Source: Selaginella moellendorffii
Lineage: Eukaryota; Plantae; Lycopodiophyta
Length of the DNA: 64,000 nucleotides
Direction: 5' to 3'
Assembly (NCBI RefSeq): GCF_000143415.4
Contig: NW_003314287.1
Coordinates: 1,447,514 to 1,511,513, forward strand
Below, piece by piece: positions 1 through 12,210 of this stretch; positions within the stretch are counted from its first letter, which is position 1, and every line of letters starts with the position of its first letter. The position numbers and the translations under genes were made by a program. The notes below the pieces were generated by a model. The model did not search any database. It saw only the letters and a program-made list of their open reading frames with translations, and was not told where the DNA came from.

Positions 1-1024
1 ACCGCAACACTGCTAGGATAATCTAAGATTGGTCTAATCCTTTCACCAGTAAGAGTTGGACTGATAATGTGGGGCAAATTTCAGGCGGGCGACCGAGCAC
101 CACTACAGCTCACATCATCACCCCTGCTCCCACCTTGTGCTCTCAACAAAAACAATTTCGCACCTCTAAAATATTGAAGAGAAATGCGCAAAAGTCTTCT
201 TTGTAGGAACCAAACAAACTTCAATAACTCCGTCAGTTTTTCTGACCGTATTCATGATCATGTCCTCTACTGTTTCACTCATCTCCATTCATGTTCATGT
301 GAAGTCTAGCTCAATCCTGGCCATTCCATATCAATGTCATGCTGTACCAGGAAGGCAGACCATACGCCATGGCTGTGAAAATCATCCTCAAAACGAAAAC
401 GGCAGTCGAAACAAGAGTCTAATTAAGCCTTAGAGAAAGGGGAATGTTGTCTTTCTTTCTTTCTTGTTATACAATCGCACTACTGATCTGCAATCTGCCG
501 CAAGAACCGAGCAAGCAGCTCTCAGCTGGCCGGAAACCTCACAGAATCGCAAAGAGGAGTGCTCGCGTTATAGTTCTCTCAAAATAAACAGCAAAAGTGC
601 ACAAGATGAAGATGACTGTTTCTCGTACGTAATTACGAGGAGAAAGAAAGAAAAGAAAAAAGAGTACTCTTGGAATATTAATCAGGAAGCACAAGTGAAC
701 AAGGCGGCGATTGCCGGTGTACACCTGGAAATAGGCTGGGCCACATTGCCGGGTACACCTGGAAATAAGGAGTTGAATGGGTGTAGCTTACCAGCAATAT
801 AACCTGATCTACCGCAATCAACCACTAGCCACAGCAGGCTAGCAATTAGTAAGAAATACATGCTCCTCATCTCAACCACACCTTGGGTGAATTGTTCAAT
901 GTTTTATATAGAAGCCGAGTCATAGAGAAAGCTGTTGCCGTTTTAGTATATCCAGAGAATCTTTTGGCTTGATGCCAAAATGAATATGCCAGCCATACAA
1001 AGTGTGCACCATACTAGAGTTTTG

Positions 1025-4000
1025 CTAGCTTTTGTTTATGTTCTCGAGAGCTTTTGCCTCTCTAAGAACTTCCAGCGCTTCCTGCTGCCTTCCAGCTCGC
1101 TTGAGCTCCACAGCACGGACTTTTAGCTTTCGCACTCGATCTTGCAGCTCTTGCGATGGCGAGGAGCTGCTTTGCTTCTGTTGCTGCTGTTGCTGCTGAG
1201 GAGATCGAGAGGACGGCAGCTTCATCTCCTCATCCTGCCAGCCAAGACCTGAGAGAGCTGCCAGAAGCTGTGGATCCAAAAGATCTTCCACTCCGTCCAT
1301 AGCGCTCGCTTGCAAACCCGGAACTCGAGATGGAGGGTCCATCTCTTCCAGCTGCTTCTCCAGAGCCTTTGCTTTCTCAAACTCGGCCTCGGCCTCGTCC
1401 ATCTTGCCTTCTTTCCTCAGTGCCAAGGCTCTTCTTTTGTGAGCAAGAGATTCTTGCTGTATCTTCATCCTGTCCTTCGAGCGAGGTGCCTGACCTGTGG
1501 CTGGAGGAGAGATCCGGCTGCTATCTTTCGGTGGTGCTGCTCCACTTGGACGTGGAACTGGAACCTCCTCCACAGCCACTGCTTGCCTGTGGTTCTCCAA
1601 AAGTTTGGCTTGTCGGAGCTCCTCCTTGGCAGCAGCTACATTTCCAGATCTCTTGAACTGTAAAGCTCGTCTTTTGTGCTCCAGAATCTCCTGCTCGATG
1701 CTCGATGAAGGCACGTTCAAGTTCAAGTTCGTGCTTGGCACTGGAGGCTGTACTGCTGCTAGAACTGCCGGGGGCTCTATAGTCTTCTTCTCGGGAACTG
1801 ATGGTACGAATATATCGCCAGTGAGGAGGTCTTGGTGTTGGTTCACGGGAGCGACTGGCGGTGTGTGTGTAGCTCTCGAGAATAACGGAGGAACAATGTC
1901 TACCAGAAGGCCGATTTCTCCGTATTCGCCTTCGAAAGAACTCTCTCTCCGTGTTGCTTCTTCTTTCTTATCGTTCGCTTTTGTAGATACGTCCTCTTTG
2001 AATCCCATCTCGCTCAGAGCGGCCAGCATAGCAGGATCATTCATGTCCTCGTCGGTTACCTCGGCCTGCTCGGTGTTATCCTCGTCAACTTCTTCGTTCT
2101 CATGAACATGAACTGGAGGTCTCTCCGCATCTTCCAGAGCCTTGAGTTGTGCCTCTAGAACGCTGGCGTCCTTGAGTTCCTTCTCAGCCTCGTCCTCCTT
2201 CCCTTCACGCCTCAGAGCCAACGCCTTCCTCTTTCTACCAAGGAGTTCCTTCTGAATCTCACGCTTGCTTCTTTGCGGTAGTTCTTGCATGGAAGGTATA
2301 GCTCTCGGTTTCGGCCGTCTTTGAGGTGTTTCTACAGCTTCTGCGTGCGACGGTGGAAGTTCTCCAACCTCGCCATCCAGGTTCATCCCTTTCAAAGCAG
2401 CAGCAAGTTCTGGATCGGACTTTAAGCTTTGGATGGTGAGTGCCTCGCCAGTATCGTCAACGTCGTCGATAATGTAGGATGTTGTCGCTGGGATTTTCAT
2501 CGGTTTCAAGGCGGCCTGATCCGTCCGGTGTTTTGCTTGTTCTCGCGACTGCATTGCAGCTGCTGACCACTTAACAGCACTCACTTCTTCCTCCAGAGCG
2601 CGCTTTTCCTTCTTCATATCCGGCTCGCTGAATCCCAACGCTTGCAGCGCTGCTAGCATCTCTGGATCTTGCATATCTTGATAGCTGACCTCGACGTGCT
2701 CATCATCCTCCGTCATAGCTTCGGGCTTTGGAACTTGTGACGCCTCCAGCATCTGCTCCAAGGTCTTTGCTTGCTTCAGCTCGTCCCGAGCCTCCGCCAT
2801 CCTTCCAGCACGTTTGAGAGCCAAGGCCTCGCGTTTGTGACGTAGAATTTCGGCCTGGAGCTCCTGCTTATTGATGCGGTCAGTCCTCGGAGCGCTGAAA
2901 CTTTCCAGGACTCCGGCTTCCTCAGCCCAGCCCATGGCCCTTAACGCCGCGATCATATCTGGATCGGACATGTCCGTATCGCTTACGTGAACTTGTGCCT
3001 CGTCTTCCTCGGTGACGACTGGAAGACTAGCAGCAGAAAGTGGAACTTCCTTCCCAGAGCCTTTGTGCTTCGTATCCACTTCTTTCTCCAAGGCTTTCAA
3101 AACCGCGCTAACTTCGTCCCCGCCGTCCTCCTCTTCATCTAATACATCTTCACCTAGAGTTTGGATGTCTTCCAGCCGTCTCTCCAGAACTTTGGCCTTC
3201 TTGAGCTCCTCCTTCGCTTCTGCCATCTTTCCTTCCCGTTTGAGAGCTAATGCTTTTCTTTTGAGACCAAGAATTTCCATCTGTAGTGTTCCAGCTGCGG
3301 TGCCTGAAGTAGGCTCGCCTTCGCTCAGTATGTCTGCGTCAGAGGCCTTTTTCCTATCCAGGTCCTCCGACCAGCCAAGATCTCTGAGCTCCTTCATAAG
3401 ATCTTCGTCACCTGTGCTTCTTCTCGACGGCCTTTCGGAAGACATACCAACAGTCTTTCCAAAGTTCTCGGACTTCGTTGTCTGCAAAGTATTCTCTTCA
3501 GTGGCACTGCTAGCCTTTGAAGCCTTTTTAACGTTTCTACGAAGAAACAATGCTAACGCATCAGCCTGCCGTTCGAGTTCTTTGGCACGCCTGAAGGCCT
3601 TGGTTGCATCTTCGGCCTTCCCTTCCTTTTTCAAGGCAGAATATGTAGCTCTCGCCTCCTGCGCCTGCTGTCGCAAAGTTTCCGGCGAGACTGGTTCCGA
3701 GGTAGCAGGTTCCGATTCTTTGTTTACGAGAAGAGACTTTAGTAAGTCCTCTTCATCGCTGGTTTCCTCTACTGCTTAGAAGCAAAAAGTTTAGTTCTCG
3801 TCAGGAAGAACACGATGTTTGCCCACCTTTCTTTTTGCGTCCCTGGCGAGCTTCGAAGCGAGCGGCTTCTTCTAGCTTCTTGCAAGGCTCACAAATGCGC
3901 ACTGGAGCGTCTCCTTGGCCGCGGAGATACATTCTGGATTGGACACAGTTGCCACAGAAAAGGCCTCCACATCTCCGACAATGGTGCTGTGAAAAAAGAG

Positions 4001-4325
4001 ATGAGAAGATCATCGCAAATACCACCAAGAACCAAAGGAAAACAGTCGCCACGAAAAAAAATGCAAGGCATGCAAACCACAGGAGCAAAAGATCGCGATC
4101 GCTGGAATTCTAGCTCAGAGCTCGCAATGCTACACTAAGAAAGAAAAACTCGCGACTGATGCTAGAAGCCACAATGCGATGAGAAATAGTCGTCAAACTC
4201 TAGATCCATACCTTGCGATTGAAGATCGAGAAAGGCGAGGCGCAGTTCTGGCAGTGCGACGCATCCACCACCCAGGTCCGGCCACGCGCAGACGGCCTGG
4301 GCGGAAGTCCAATCTTCTCCAGCAT
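1025..4325 (-). CDS. FYVE zinc-finger protein with repeated helical (DM14-like) motifs, FYVE4-like; 3 exons (~4325-4212, ~3986-3827, ~3774-1025)
   Basis: Spliced N-terminus MLEKIGLPPRPSARGRTWVVDASHCQNCASPFSIFNRK|HHCRRCGGLFCGNCV...VRICEPC is a FYVE signature. The long last exon has about 7 KRKALALKREGKxxEAxxEL repeats. GT-AG introns. Confidence 0.85.
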
Positions 4326-4559
4326 CCTCAATCAAACCCTCTGTTCTAGGGCTTGACGATTTCTCCCCCAAAATATTTCCACTTCTCCTTGGGATGAAGA
4401 GAAGATCTGGCAGCGGCGGCGATAGAGCACCTCGCTCGCCTCATCCGATCCTGCGGGAATGCCAGAGATCTCCGCCAAGCTCAACGCCTGAATTGCGCGA
4501 TCCATGGGCGCGGGATCGATCGCCGACACGGTTCTTACCTATCCAATCTCCTCGTCGAG

Positions 4560-6473
4560 ATGTATGGCAAATGCGGCAGCGTGGCCGATTCATTCGCCGT
4601 GTTCCAGCGCGCCAGAGGTCGAAACCTCTACTCGTGGAACATGATGCTCCAGGCATTTGCCCTAAATGGGGATCTGTCCAGAGCCAAGAATCTCTTCGAT
4701 AGAATGCCGCAAAAAGACGTGGTTTCATGGACGGCTATCATGGCAGCTTTTGCCGCTAATGGTCGTTTAAACGAGGCCAGTTTGCTGTTCGATTCTCTGC
4801 CCTGCCCTAATCTTGTGTCGAGGAATGTAATGCTTGCAGCATATGCCAGGGCTGGGCATTTGGAGTCCGCGTGGAAAGCTTTCAACGCCATGGGTGAGAG
4901 AAGCGTTGCTTCTTGGACGTCGATGATCCAGCCACTGGCGGAATTAGGGAAAGTAGAGGTGGCCCAGCAGATTTACGATCGGATGCCAATGTGGAATGTA
5001 ATCACGTCGACTTCGATTTTAGCTGCATATACCCAAAGCGGGAATTTTGACATGGCCTTGGAGGCCTTTGATTCCATGCCGGAGATCAATGTGGTAACGT
5101 GTACGGTCATGATCAGCTGCTACGCGGCATGTTTCCAGATTGAAGAGGCTCTCAAAGTTTTCGACTCGATGCTGGAGAGAAACGTTGTGGCATGGACCGA
5201 AATGGTGCACGCATATGCGGATCTTGGGCATCTTGAAGAGGCAAAACTTCTTTTCTACAAGATGCCTTGTTGGACTCTTGTCCCTTGGAACGTGATGCTT
5301 TTGGCATATGCCGTGGCCGGGCATCTGGAGGACGCCAAGCTCATGTTTGAGACGAGCCCCTCACGCAGCGTTTTCTCCTGGACGGCCATGATCCAGGCAT
5401 ATTCCTGCCGTGGAGACTTTGCACAGGCGGAGGATATTCTCCTTTGCAAGATCCCAATGATGGACGTCGTGGCCGCGAACACAATGCTCGCGACGTACAC
5501 GCTCGCTGGGTGTACGGACAAGGCCGAGAGGCTCTTTGAGACAATGCCTGTGCGAGATGAGGTGACTTCGGATACAATGCTGGTGGGATATTCCCAGAAT
5601 GGTGAGCTGCTCAAGGCATTGTATTTCTTCAAGGAAATGAGACATCGAACCGCGTCTTCGTGGAGCATCGTGGTTTTGGAGTGCTGTAGAAATTTGGGGC
5701 TCGAGGAAGCCAAAGTTTTGTTTCAAAATATGCCTCTTGTGAGCTCGAGCTCCTGTGCTGCGCTCGTGGAGCTCTACACGCTGAGTGGTCTCTTAATGGA
5801 AGCGAGGCAGCTCATTGAAAGAATGCTCCAAGTTGATATCACATCGTGGAACATGTTGCTCGCGGGGTACTCGCTGAACGGCTACTGCGACGATGCCAAG
5901 AGAACTTTCGATGGGATCTCCAGCCGGAACGAGGTAACCTGGAACTCCATGGTCGGAGCTTACGTCCAGAACGGGCAGCTGAGTAGAGCCATCGAAATGC
6001 TTGAGAGAATGCCGCAGCTTGCTCTGGTTACCTGGAACACACTCCTGGGAGCTCTCCTCCAGAACGGCCGCGCTCGAGAATCCATCCATCTCTTCCACCA
6101 AATGCTGCTCGAAGCAGTGACCCCAAATGCGGTGGCTTTCGTAAGCGTTCTTGCTGCTTGCAGCCATGCAGGACTTGTAAGTTCCAGCTGCCACTACTTC
6201 ACGGCGATGCTCTCCGACTACGAGCTAGCACCTGTTGCGGAACACTTTTCCTGCGTGATCGATCTTCTGGGACGTGTTGGAAGGCTAGAAGATGCGGAGG
6301 TGTTGATTAATTTTTCGCCTTTCCCTCCAAGCATCGTGGTGTGGGGAGCACTGCTTGGATCTTGTAAGATTCACTCTGACTTTGAAAGAGGTGTACGTGT
6401 TGCTAAAAGTATTCTGGAGCTGGATCCCACGCACGATGGATCCTTGGTCTTTCTAAGCACTGTAATTACGTAA
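4560..6473 (+). CDS. PLS-class PPR protein with E domain, no DYW
   Basis: 637-aa ORF with repeated xxFDxMPxxNVVSWT motifs and a C-terminal EHFSCVIDLLGRVG...WGALLGSCKIH E domain. Confidence 0.9.
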   Translation: MYGKCGSVADSFAVFQRARGRNLYSWNMMLQAFALNGDLSRAKNLFDRMPQKDVVSWTAIMAAFAANGRLNEASLLFDSLPCPNLVSRNVMLAAYARAGHLESAWKAFNAMGERSVASWTSMIQPLAELGKVEVAQQIYDRMPMWNVITSTSILAAYTQSGNFDMALEAFDSMPEINVVTCTVMISCYAACFQIEEALKVFDSMLERNVVAWTEMVHAYADLGHLEEAKLLFYKMPCWTLVPWNVMLLAYAVAGHLEDAKLMFETSPSRSVFSWTAMIQAYSCRGDFAQAEDILLCKIPMMDVVAANTMLATYTLAGCTDKAERLFETMPVRDEVTSDTMLVGYSQNGELLKALYFFKEMRHRTASSWSIVVLECCRNLGLEEAKVLFQNMPLVSSSSCAALVELYTLSGLLMEARQLIERMLQVDITSWNMLLAGYSLNGYCDDAKRTFDGISSRNEVTWNSMVGAYVQNGQLSRAIEMLERMPQLALVTWNTLLGALLQNGRARESIHLFHQMLLEAVTPNAVAFVSVLAACSHAGLVSSSCHYFTAMLSDYELAPVAEHFSCVIDLLGRVGRLEDAEVLINFSPFPPSIVVWGALLGSCKIHSDFERGVRVAKSILELDPTHDGSLVFLSTVIT

Positions 6474-7149
6474 ACCCACAAAATCTTATAAGAATAAATT
6501 CTTTGATCGACCCACATTCACTGGCCACAACCACCTGCCACCAGCCACTGGCCACGGCAGCAGCCATAGCCATGCCACTGGAGTGAGTGGCCTTGCTCCA
6601 TGGAGACTATCAAAATCTTGGAGCTGATGTAAATGTAGCACCATTACCCACAGCCACAGCCAAGGCTAGTTTTAGTATTGTCTAAGGAAAGCAGGCCCAT
6701 ATATATATGTGAAATGTTCAGGACGTGCATGCAATGCAATTTAGTTCGTTTAAGAAGATATATATATTTTAACAAATTCCAATCTTCTTTCTCGTTTGTG
6801 TTCCGTAGCCTTGACGTTTCCACTTGCACAAGGACATCTACCACCACGCTCAGTTTTGATATAGATGTCATATAGTTCACCACACGTTCTACCATTCTTT
6901 AAATTTTCTCAGTTATTTACGTACCAAGTATGCAAGCAGAGATGGCTACTTGAAGAGTGATCCTGAAAGCGGTGTTGGAACTGTAACAATGCCAAATCCT
7001 TACTTTATGATGATGAATTACATAGTTTCACCAAGGCTATAAATTATAAGGTGCATGTTCTCCTCCCCACATTGCCTCAGTTCTCTTCTGGTTTTGCTTT
7101 TGTTCTGCCAAAATGTGTCAGAAGAGAACTGAGGCAGTGTGGAATCTCT

Positions 7150-7380
7150 CTTGCCAGGACCTGGGCCAGCTCCACTTTCCCTAATTCCAACGCTTCTCTC
7201 ACCCATCGCGTTGAAAGCTTTCCACGCGGACTCCAAATGCCCGGCAGAGACAATCTCGCGTTTAAACGACCATTAACGCCAAAAGCTGCCATGATAGCCG
7301 TTTGCGGCATTCTATGGAACAGATTCTTGGCACTGGACAGATCCCCATCGCATGGGGCATCATGTTCCACGAGTAGAGGT
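7150..7380 (-). pseudogene. Deleted inverted fragment of the adjacent PPR gene
   Basis: Reverse complement matches pieces of ~4620-4965 (LESAWKAFNAMGERSV; DGDLSSAKNLF). Confidence 0.8.
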
Positions 7381-7393
7381 TTCTCTCCTCTTG

Positions 7394-9069
7394 CGGCATC
7401 TTTGGTGAAGCATTTGGATTCCAGGCATGGGAAGGTCCTGGAGTCGTGGCTGCAAGCTGAGCCAGGAACGATACGCGGGGATCTTGCTGTTGCTGTTGGA
7501 AGGTAAGGTTCTGGTTTCTAAAGCTCTCCCTCGGGAATGAACTTTTCTTGCTCGGTTATGCCAGGAATGTCATCCATGGCAGTGACAGTGTTGCGAATGG
7601 AGAGTGGGAAATTGGTATGACTTTCTTTTTTCCAGCTTGCAAGAGTTTCTCAAGACAATGTTTATGTCTTATACAGGTCTTTCGTTTGGAGAGTCCGAGT
7701 TGTGTAAATGGCAGCCCGAGTTGACGCCCTGGCTACTCGAATAGAAAGAGTCTTGGCCATTTCTTAGGTGGAGGCACATTGAGTTCTTAAAATGCCAGGA
7801 CAAATTGTCCTCTTAGATTAAACCGTTACTAATCCTGATTTCTCGGTACAGGATGTTGGATTCGTAGTTAAGAATAGATACTCTTTTGTGTCTGTTCGTT
7901 GTCGAATCTTGCCAGAATCTTGACATCTTGATTCCACTGGCAAGACAATTCAAAACGAATGATCGCACTGAACGTTAGCCTTTAGTTGATGAAGCCCATG
8001 CTAAACGTATTTAACACCAGTTCACAGCTCCAGTGATCGCTAACTCTAACAGTAGAAAAGAACTGTAAGCTTGGACTTTCGTGAGTGGCTGCAAGGCCAG
8101 GATCTAGAAGATAACATATTTTAACATCATAATACCAATAGTACAGGAATAAGATCTAATAGCTAGTGATGCATCAGTGGAAGGCTTCCCTGATTTTCAT
8201 CGGAGCCTGGACTGTCACTGATGAAGCCTGTCACGCGCCCGGACCACTTTTGAGCTGAAATTGAGTTCAACTAAGAGGGATTCTGAGGAAGTCCGTAGGT
8301 CTGTTGAATCCGTTTTCGTTCATATGACTTTATATACGTGTAGGATTCGTTTTTTTGGCGCCATAGCCCGTCTGGGTAGCATCCCATCTTCCTTCTCCGC
8401 GATCTACAGCTGAGTTGACATGTCAATCTGGCCTTACCATTGAGGCATTGAAGTGGAGAATTATGCTAGCCTTAGAATATACAAAAACTAAGCGCGTGAA
8501 AACAAATCAAATTTTCTGCTCTTGCTTTTACCGCCATGCGCTAGGTTTTGTTTTTCATGATAGTGAAATTCATCAAAGGATTTGGAATTGCTACAGTTCC
8601 AACGCCACTTTCAGGAGCACTTGCTAGCGTGGACTTGGCTTCGAGTGGCTATGTCCGCATGTATCCTCTGGAGCATTCTGTATCTCTTGTGGTAATAAAA
8701 TTCAAAGGAAGGTACATATATATAAAAGCTAGGATATGGATATATATGAAATTGAAACATGTGGCCGATGTAATCACTTGAACAGACCATGCTGCGGCCT
8801 AATATGACACACACATACACGTCATGCCTGGCCATGGTCACAAATCACTTGCTTATTATGGACTAGTTGAAAGAGTATGTAAATGAAGTGCATTAATGTA
8901 AAGCATCAAGACATTAGTTAATATCCTCTACTTTATGAGTTGTCACAGTTTAAATTTCTTAAAACTTGAAAACAGTCAACAAGGTTTGACTACAAGAAAC
9001 AATGTTGGGGAAACATCCCATTCTTCATGATGAGAATTTTTTCCTTCTTTAGTAGTGATGGAGAGGAAT
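7394..9069 (+). repeat. Left arm of a long inverted repeat; includes an NDPK2 3' fragment at ~7394-7800
   Basis: Near-identical reverse complement of 10542-12210. Mirrored ORFs 8415..8627+/10985..11197- and 8611..8841-/10771..11001+. Confidence 0.95.
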
Positions 9070-9080
9070 ATACACCTCTT

Positions 9081-9454
9081 TACATATGGGCTGCTCTAAG
9101 AGGTACGTTGATACCTTGTGGAATCTAGAGAAAAAAAGCATATCCAAGGGTAAAGTAAGATCATATAAATATACACCTCTTTCAAAGAGTGAATCTTGCA
9201 AAATCAGAACCCTAAATTCTCTGCCACATGGCAGCATATTGTGCACATTTTGGCAGACGGTACATAAATAACAGTACTCCCAGATGCTGCCACGTGGCAG
9301 ATAATTTAGGGTTTTGATTTTGCAAGATTCACTCTTTGAAAGAGGTGTATAACTATATGATCTTACTTTACCCTTGGAAAGAAATATCTATGCTTTTTTT
9401 CTCTAGATTCCACAAGGTAGATATCAACAATCCTTTTAGAGCAGCCCATATATA
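9081..9454. repeat. Nested hairpin (arms ~9081-9237 and ~9284-9454)
   Basis: e.g. TACACCTCTTTCAAAGAGTGAATCTTGCAAAATCA pairs with TGATTTTGCAAGATTCACTCTTTGAAAGAGGTGTA; loop ~46 nt. Confidence 0.9.
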
Positions 9455-10541
9455 TATGAAGTGTTCATGATATGCATGCAATGCAATTTAGTTTGTTTAA
9501 GAAGATTTACATATTTTAACAAATTGAGATCTTCTTGTATTGGATGTGATATCTACCACCAGGCTCACTTTTGATATAGATGTCATATAGTTCACCACAT
9601 GTTATACCATCCTTTGAATTTTCTCAGTTATTTACATACCACAAGACAAAAGTAGGACCACTTGCTAACCTATCTTGGCTTTGTCCGCTTGCATGAATGC
9701 GGTGTTGGGAACTATTGCAAATGCCAAATCCTTACTTTGTGACAAAGCTTAGTTTCACCAAGACTATAAATTTCAAGGTGCATGTTCTCTTCCCTCAGTT
9801 CTCTCCTTGTTTTGCATATTTTTCTTTTGGTCTACCAAAATGTGTGGGAGTGGTGCACCATTTATTGTGGGAGCAAGCAAGGTTATTATTGTTGTGTTGA
9901 GCATAGGTGTTGGTGATGTTTTCCACTTCAATGAACTCTTGGCCTCAAAGGGTTATGATTTTTATCTGGTGGTCAAGCCAAAGACCATCACTGAACTAAC
10001 CAAGTTTGTTCTCTACAAAGGCTTCCCACTATATCCTCCATATATTCATCACAAGGATACCATGATGCTGACTGAAACTGGCCAAGTGAAGACAACTCCT
10101 TGTGGCCTACATGCCCCAAATCCTTATTGTTGCAGCTCCCCCAAGCCAAGTTGCTGTGAAGTTCTACCTTTTTATGAAAAGGTCTATGGGGAACCAAAGG
10201 ACCTCAATTCTCTATATCATTTGATAGTCAAAGGACAAGGCTGGGTTGTGGACGAGTTTTACAAGGAGATATAGAAAATTGAAGTTGAAAATTGCACACC
10301 AACACCACACCAAGAACATCCTCTGAAAGCCAAGAAGACCCTTGCCAATGGTCCTTAGGGATGAATAACATAAATGAAGAAGTGTGTGTGTATGTGTGTG
10401 GTTGGTCATGTATGTTGTGTGTACTATGCTAGAGTGCTGCACAGTAACTATAAAAGTTCCTTATACAATATCAAAATAGAAGCATTAGTGTTTGTGCCAA
10501 AAACTTGCATTTCATTTGTATCGTGTGCAAACTGCCCAAAA

Positions 10542-12210
10542 GATTCCTCTCCATCGCTACTAAAGAAGGAAAAAATTCTCATCATGAAGAACGGGATGTT
10601 TCCCCAACATTGTTTCTTGTAGTCAAACCTTGTTGGCTGTTTTCAAGTTTTAAGAAATTTAAACTGTGACAACTCATAAAGTAGAGGATATTAACTAATG
10701 TCTTGATGCTTTACATTAATGCACTTCATTTACATACTCTTTCAACTAGTCCATAATAAGCAAGTGATTTGTGACCATGGCCAGGCATGACGTGTACGTG
10801 TGTGTCATATTAGGCCGCAGCATGGTCTGTTCAAGTGATTACATCGGCCACATGTTTCAATTTCATATATATCCATATCCTAGCTTTTATATATATGTAC
10901 CTTCCTTTGAATTTTATTACCACAAGAGATACAGAATGCTCCAGAGGATACATGCGGACATAGCCACTCGAAGCCAAGTCCACGCTAGCAAGTGCTCCTG
11001 AAAGTGGCGTTGGAACTGTAGCAATTCCAAATCCTTTGATGAATTTCACTATCATGAAAAACAAAACCTAGCGCATGGCGGTAAAAGCAAGAGCAGAAAA
11101 TTTGATTTGTTTTCACGTGCTTAGTTTTTGTATATTCTAAGGCTAGCATAATTCTCCACTTCAATGCCTCAATGGTAAGGCCAGATTGACATGTCAACTC
11201 AGCTGTAGATTGCGGAGAAGGAAGATGGGATGTTTACCCAGACGGGCTATGGCGCCAAAAAAACAAATCCTACACGTATATAAAGTCTTATGAACGAAAA
11301 CGGATTCAACAAACCTACGGACTTCCTCAGAATCCCTCTTAGTTGAACTCAATTTCAGCTCAAAAGTGGTCCGGGCGCGTGACAGGCTTCATCAGTGACA
11401 GTCCGGGCTCCGATGAAAATCAGGGAAGCCTTCCACTGATGCATCACTAGCTATTAGATCTTATTCCTGTACTATTGGTATTATGATGTTAAAATATGTT
11501 ATCTTCTAGATCCTGGCCTTGCAGCCACTCACGAAAGTCCAAGCATACAGTTCTTTTCTACTCTTAGAGTTAGCGATCACTGGAGCTGTGAACTGGTGTT
11601 AAATACGTTTAGCATGGGCTTCATCAACTAAAGGCTAACGTTCAGTGCGATCATTCGTTTTGAATTGTCTTGCCAGTGGAATCAAGATGTCAAGATTCTG
11701 GCAAGATTCGACAACGAACAGACACAAAAGAGTATCTATTCTTAACTACGAATCCAACATCCTGTACCGAGAAATCAGGATTAGTAACGGTTTAATCTAA
11801 GAGGACAATTTGTCCTGGCATTTTAAGAACTCAATGTGCCTCCACCTAAGAAATGGCCAAGACTCTTTCTATTCGAGTAGCCAGGGCGTCAACTCGGGCT
11901 GTCATTTACACAACTCGGCCTTTCCAAACCAAAGACCTGTATAAGACATAAACATTGTCTTGAGAAACTCTTGCAAGCTGGAAAAAAGAAAGTCATACCA
12001 ATTTCCCACTCTCCATTCGTGACACTGTCATTGCCATGGATGACATTCCTGGCATAGAAAAGTTCATTCCCGAGGGAGAGCTTTAGAAACCAGAACCTTA
12101 CCTTCCAACAGCAACAGCAAGATCCCCACGTATCATTCTTGGCTCAGCTTGCAGCCACGACGCCAGGACCTTCCCATGCCTGGAATCCAAATGCTTCACC
12201 AAAGATGCCG
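10542..12210 (-). repeat. Right arm of the long inverted repeat
   Basis: Reverse complement of 7394-9069. Confidence 0.95.

Noticed and set aside
1-1000. Short ORFs and a ~25-bp direct repeat (710-770)
   Set aside because: No recognisable family and only two copies; cannot be supported.
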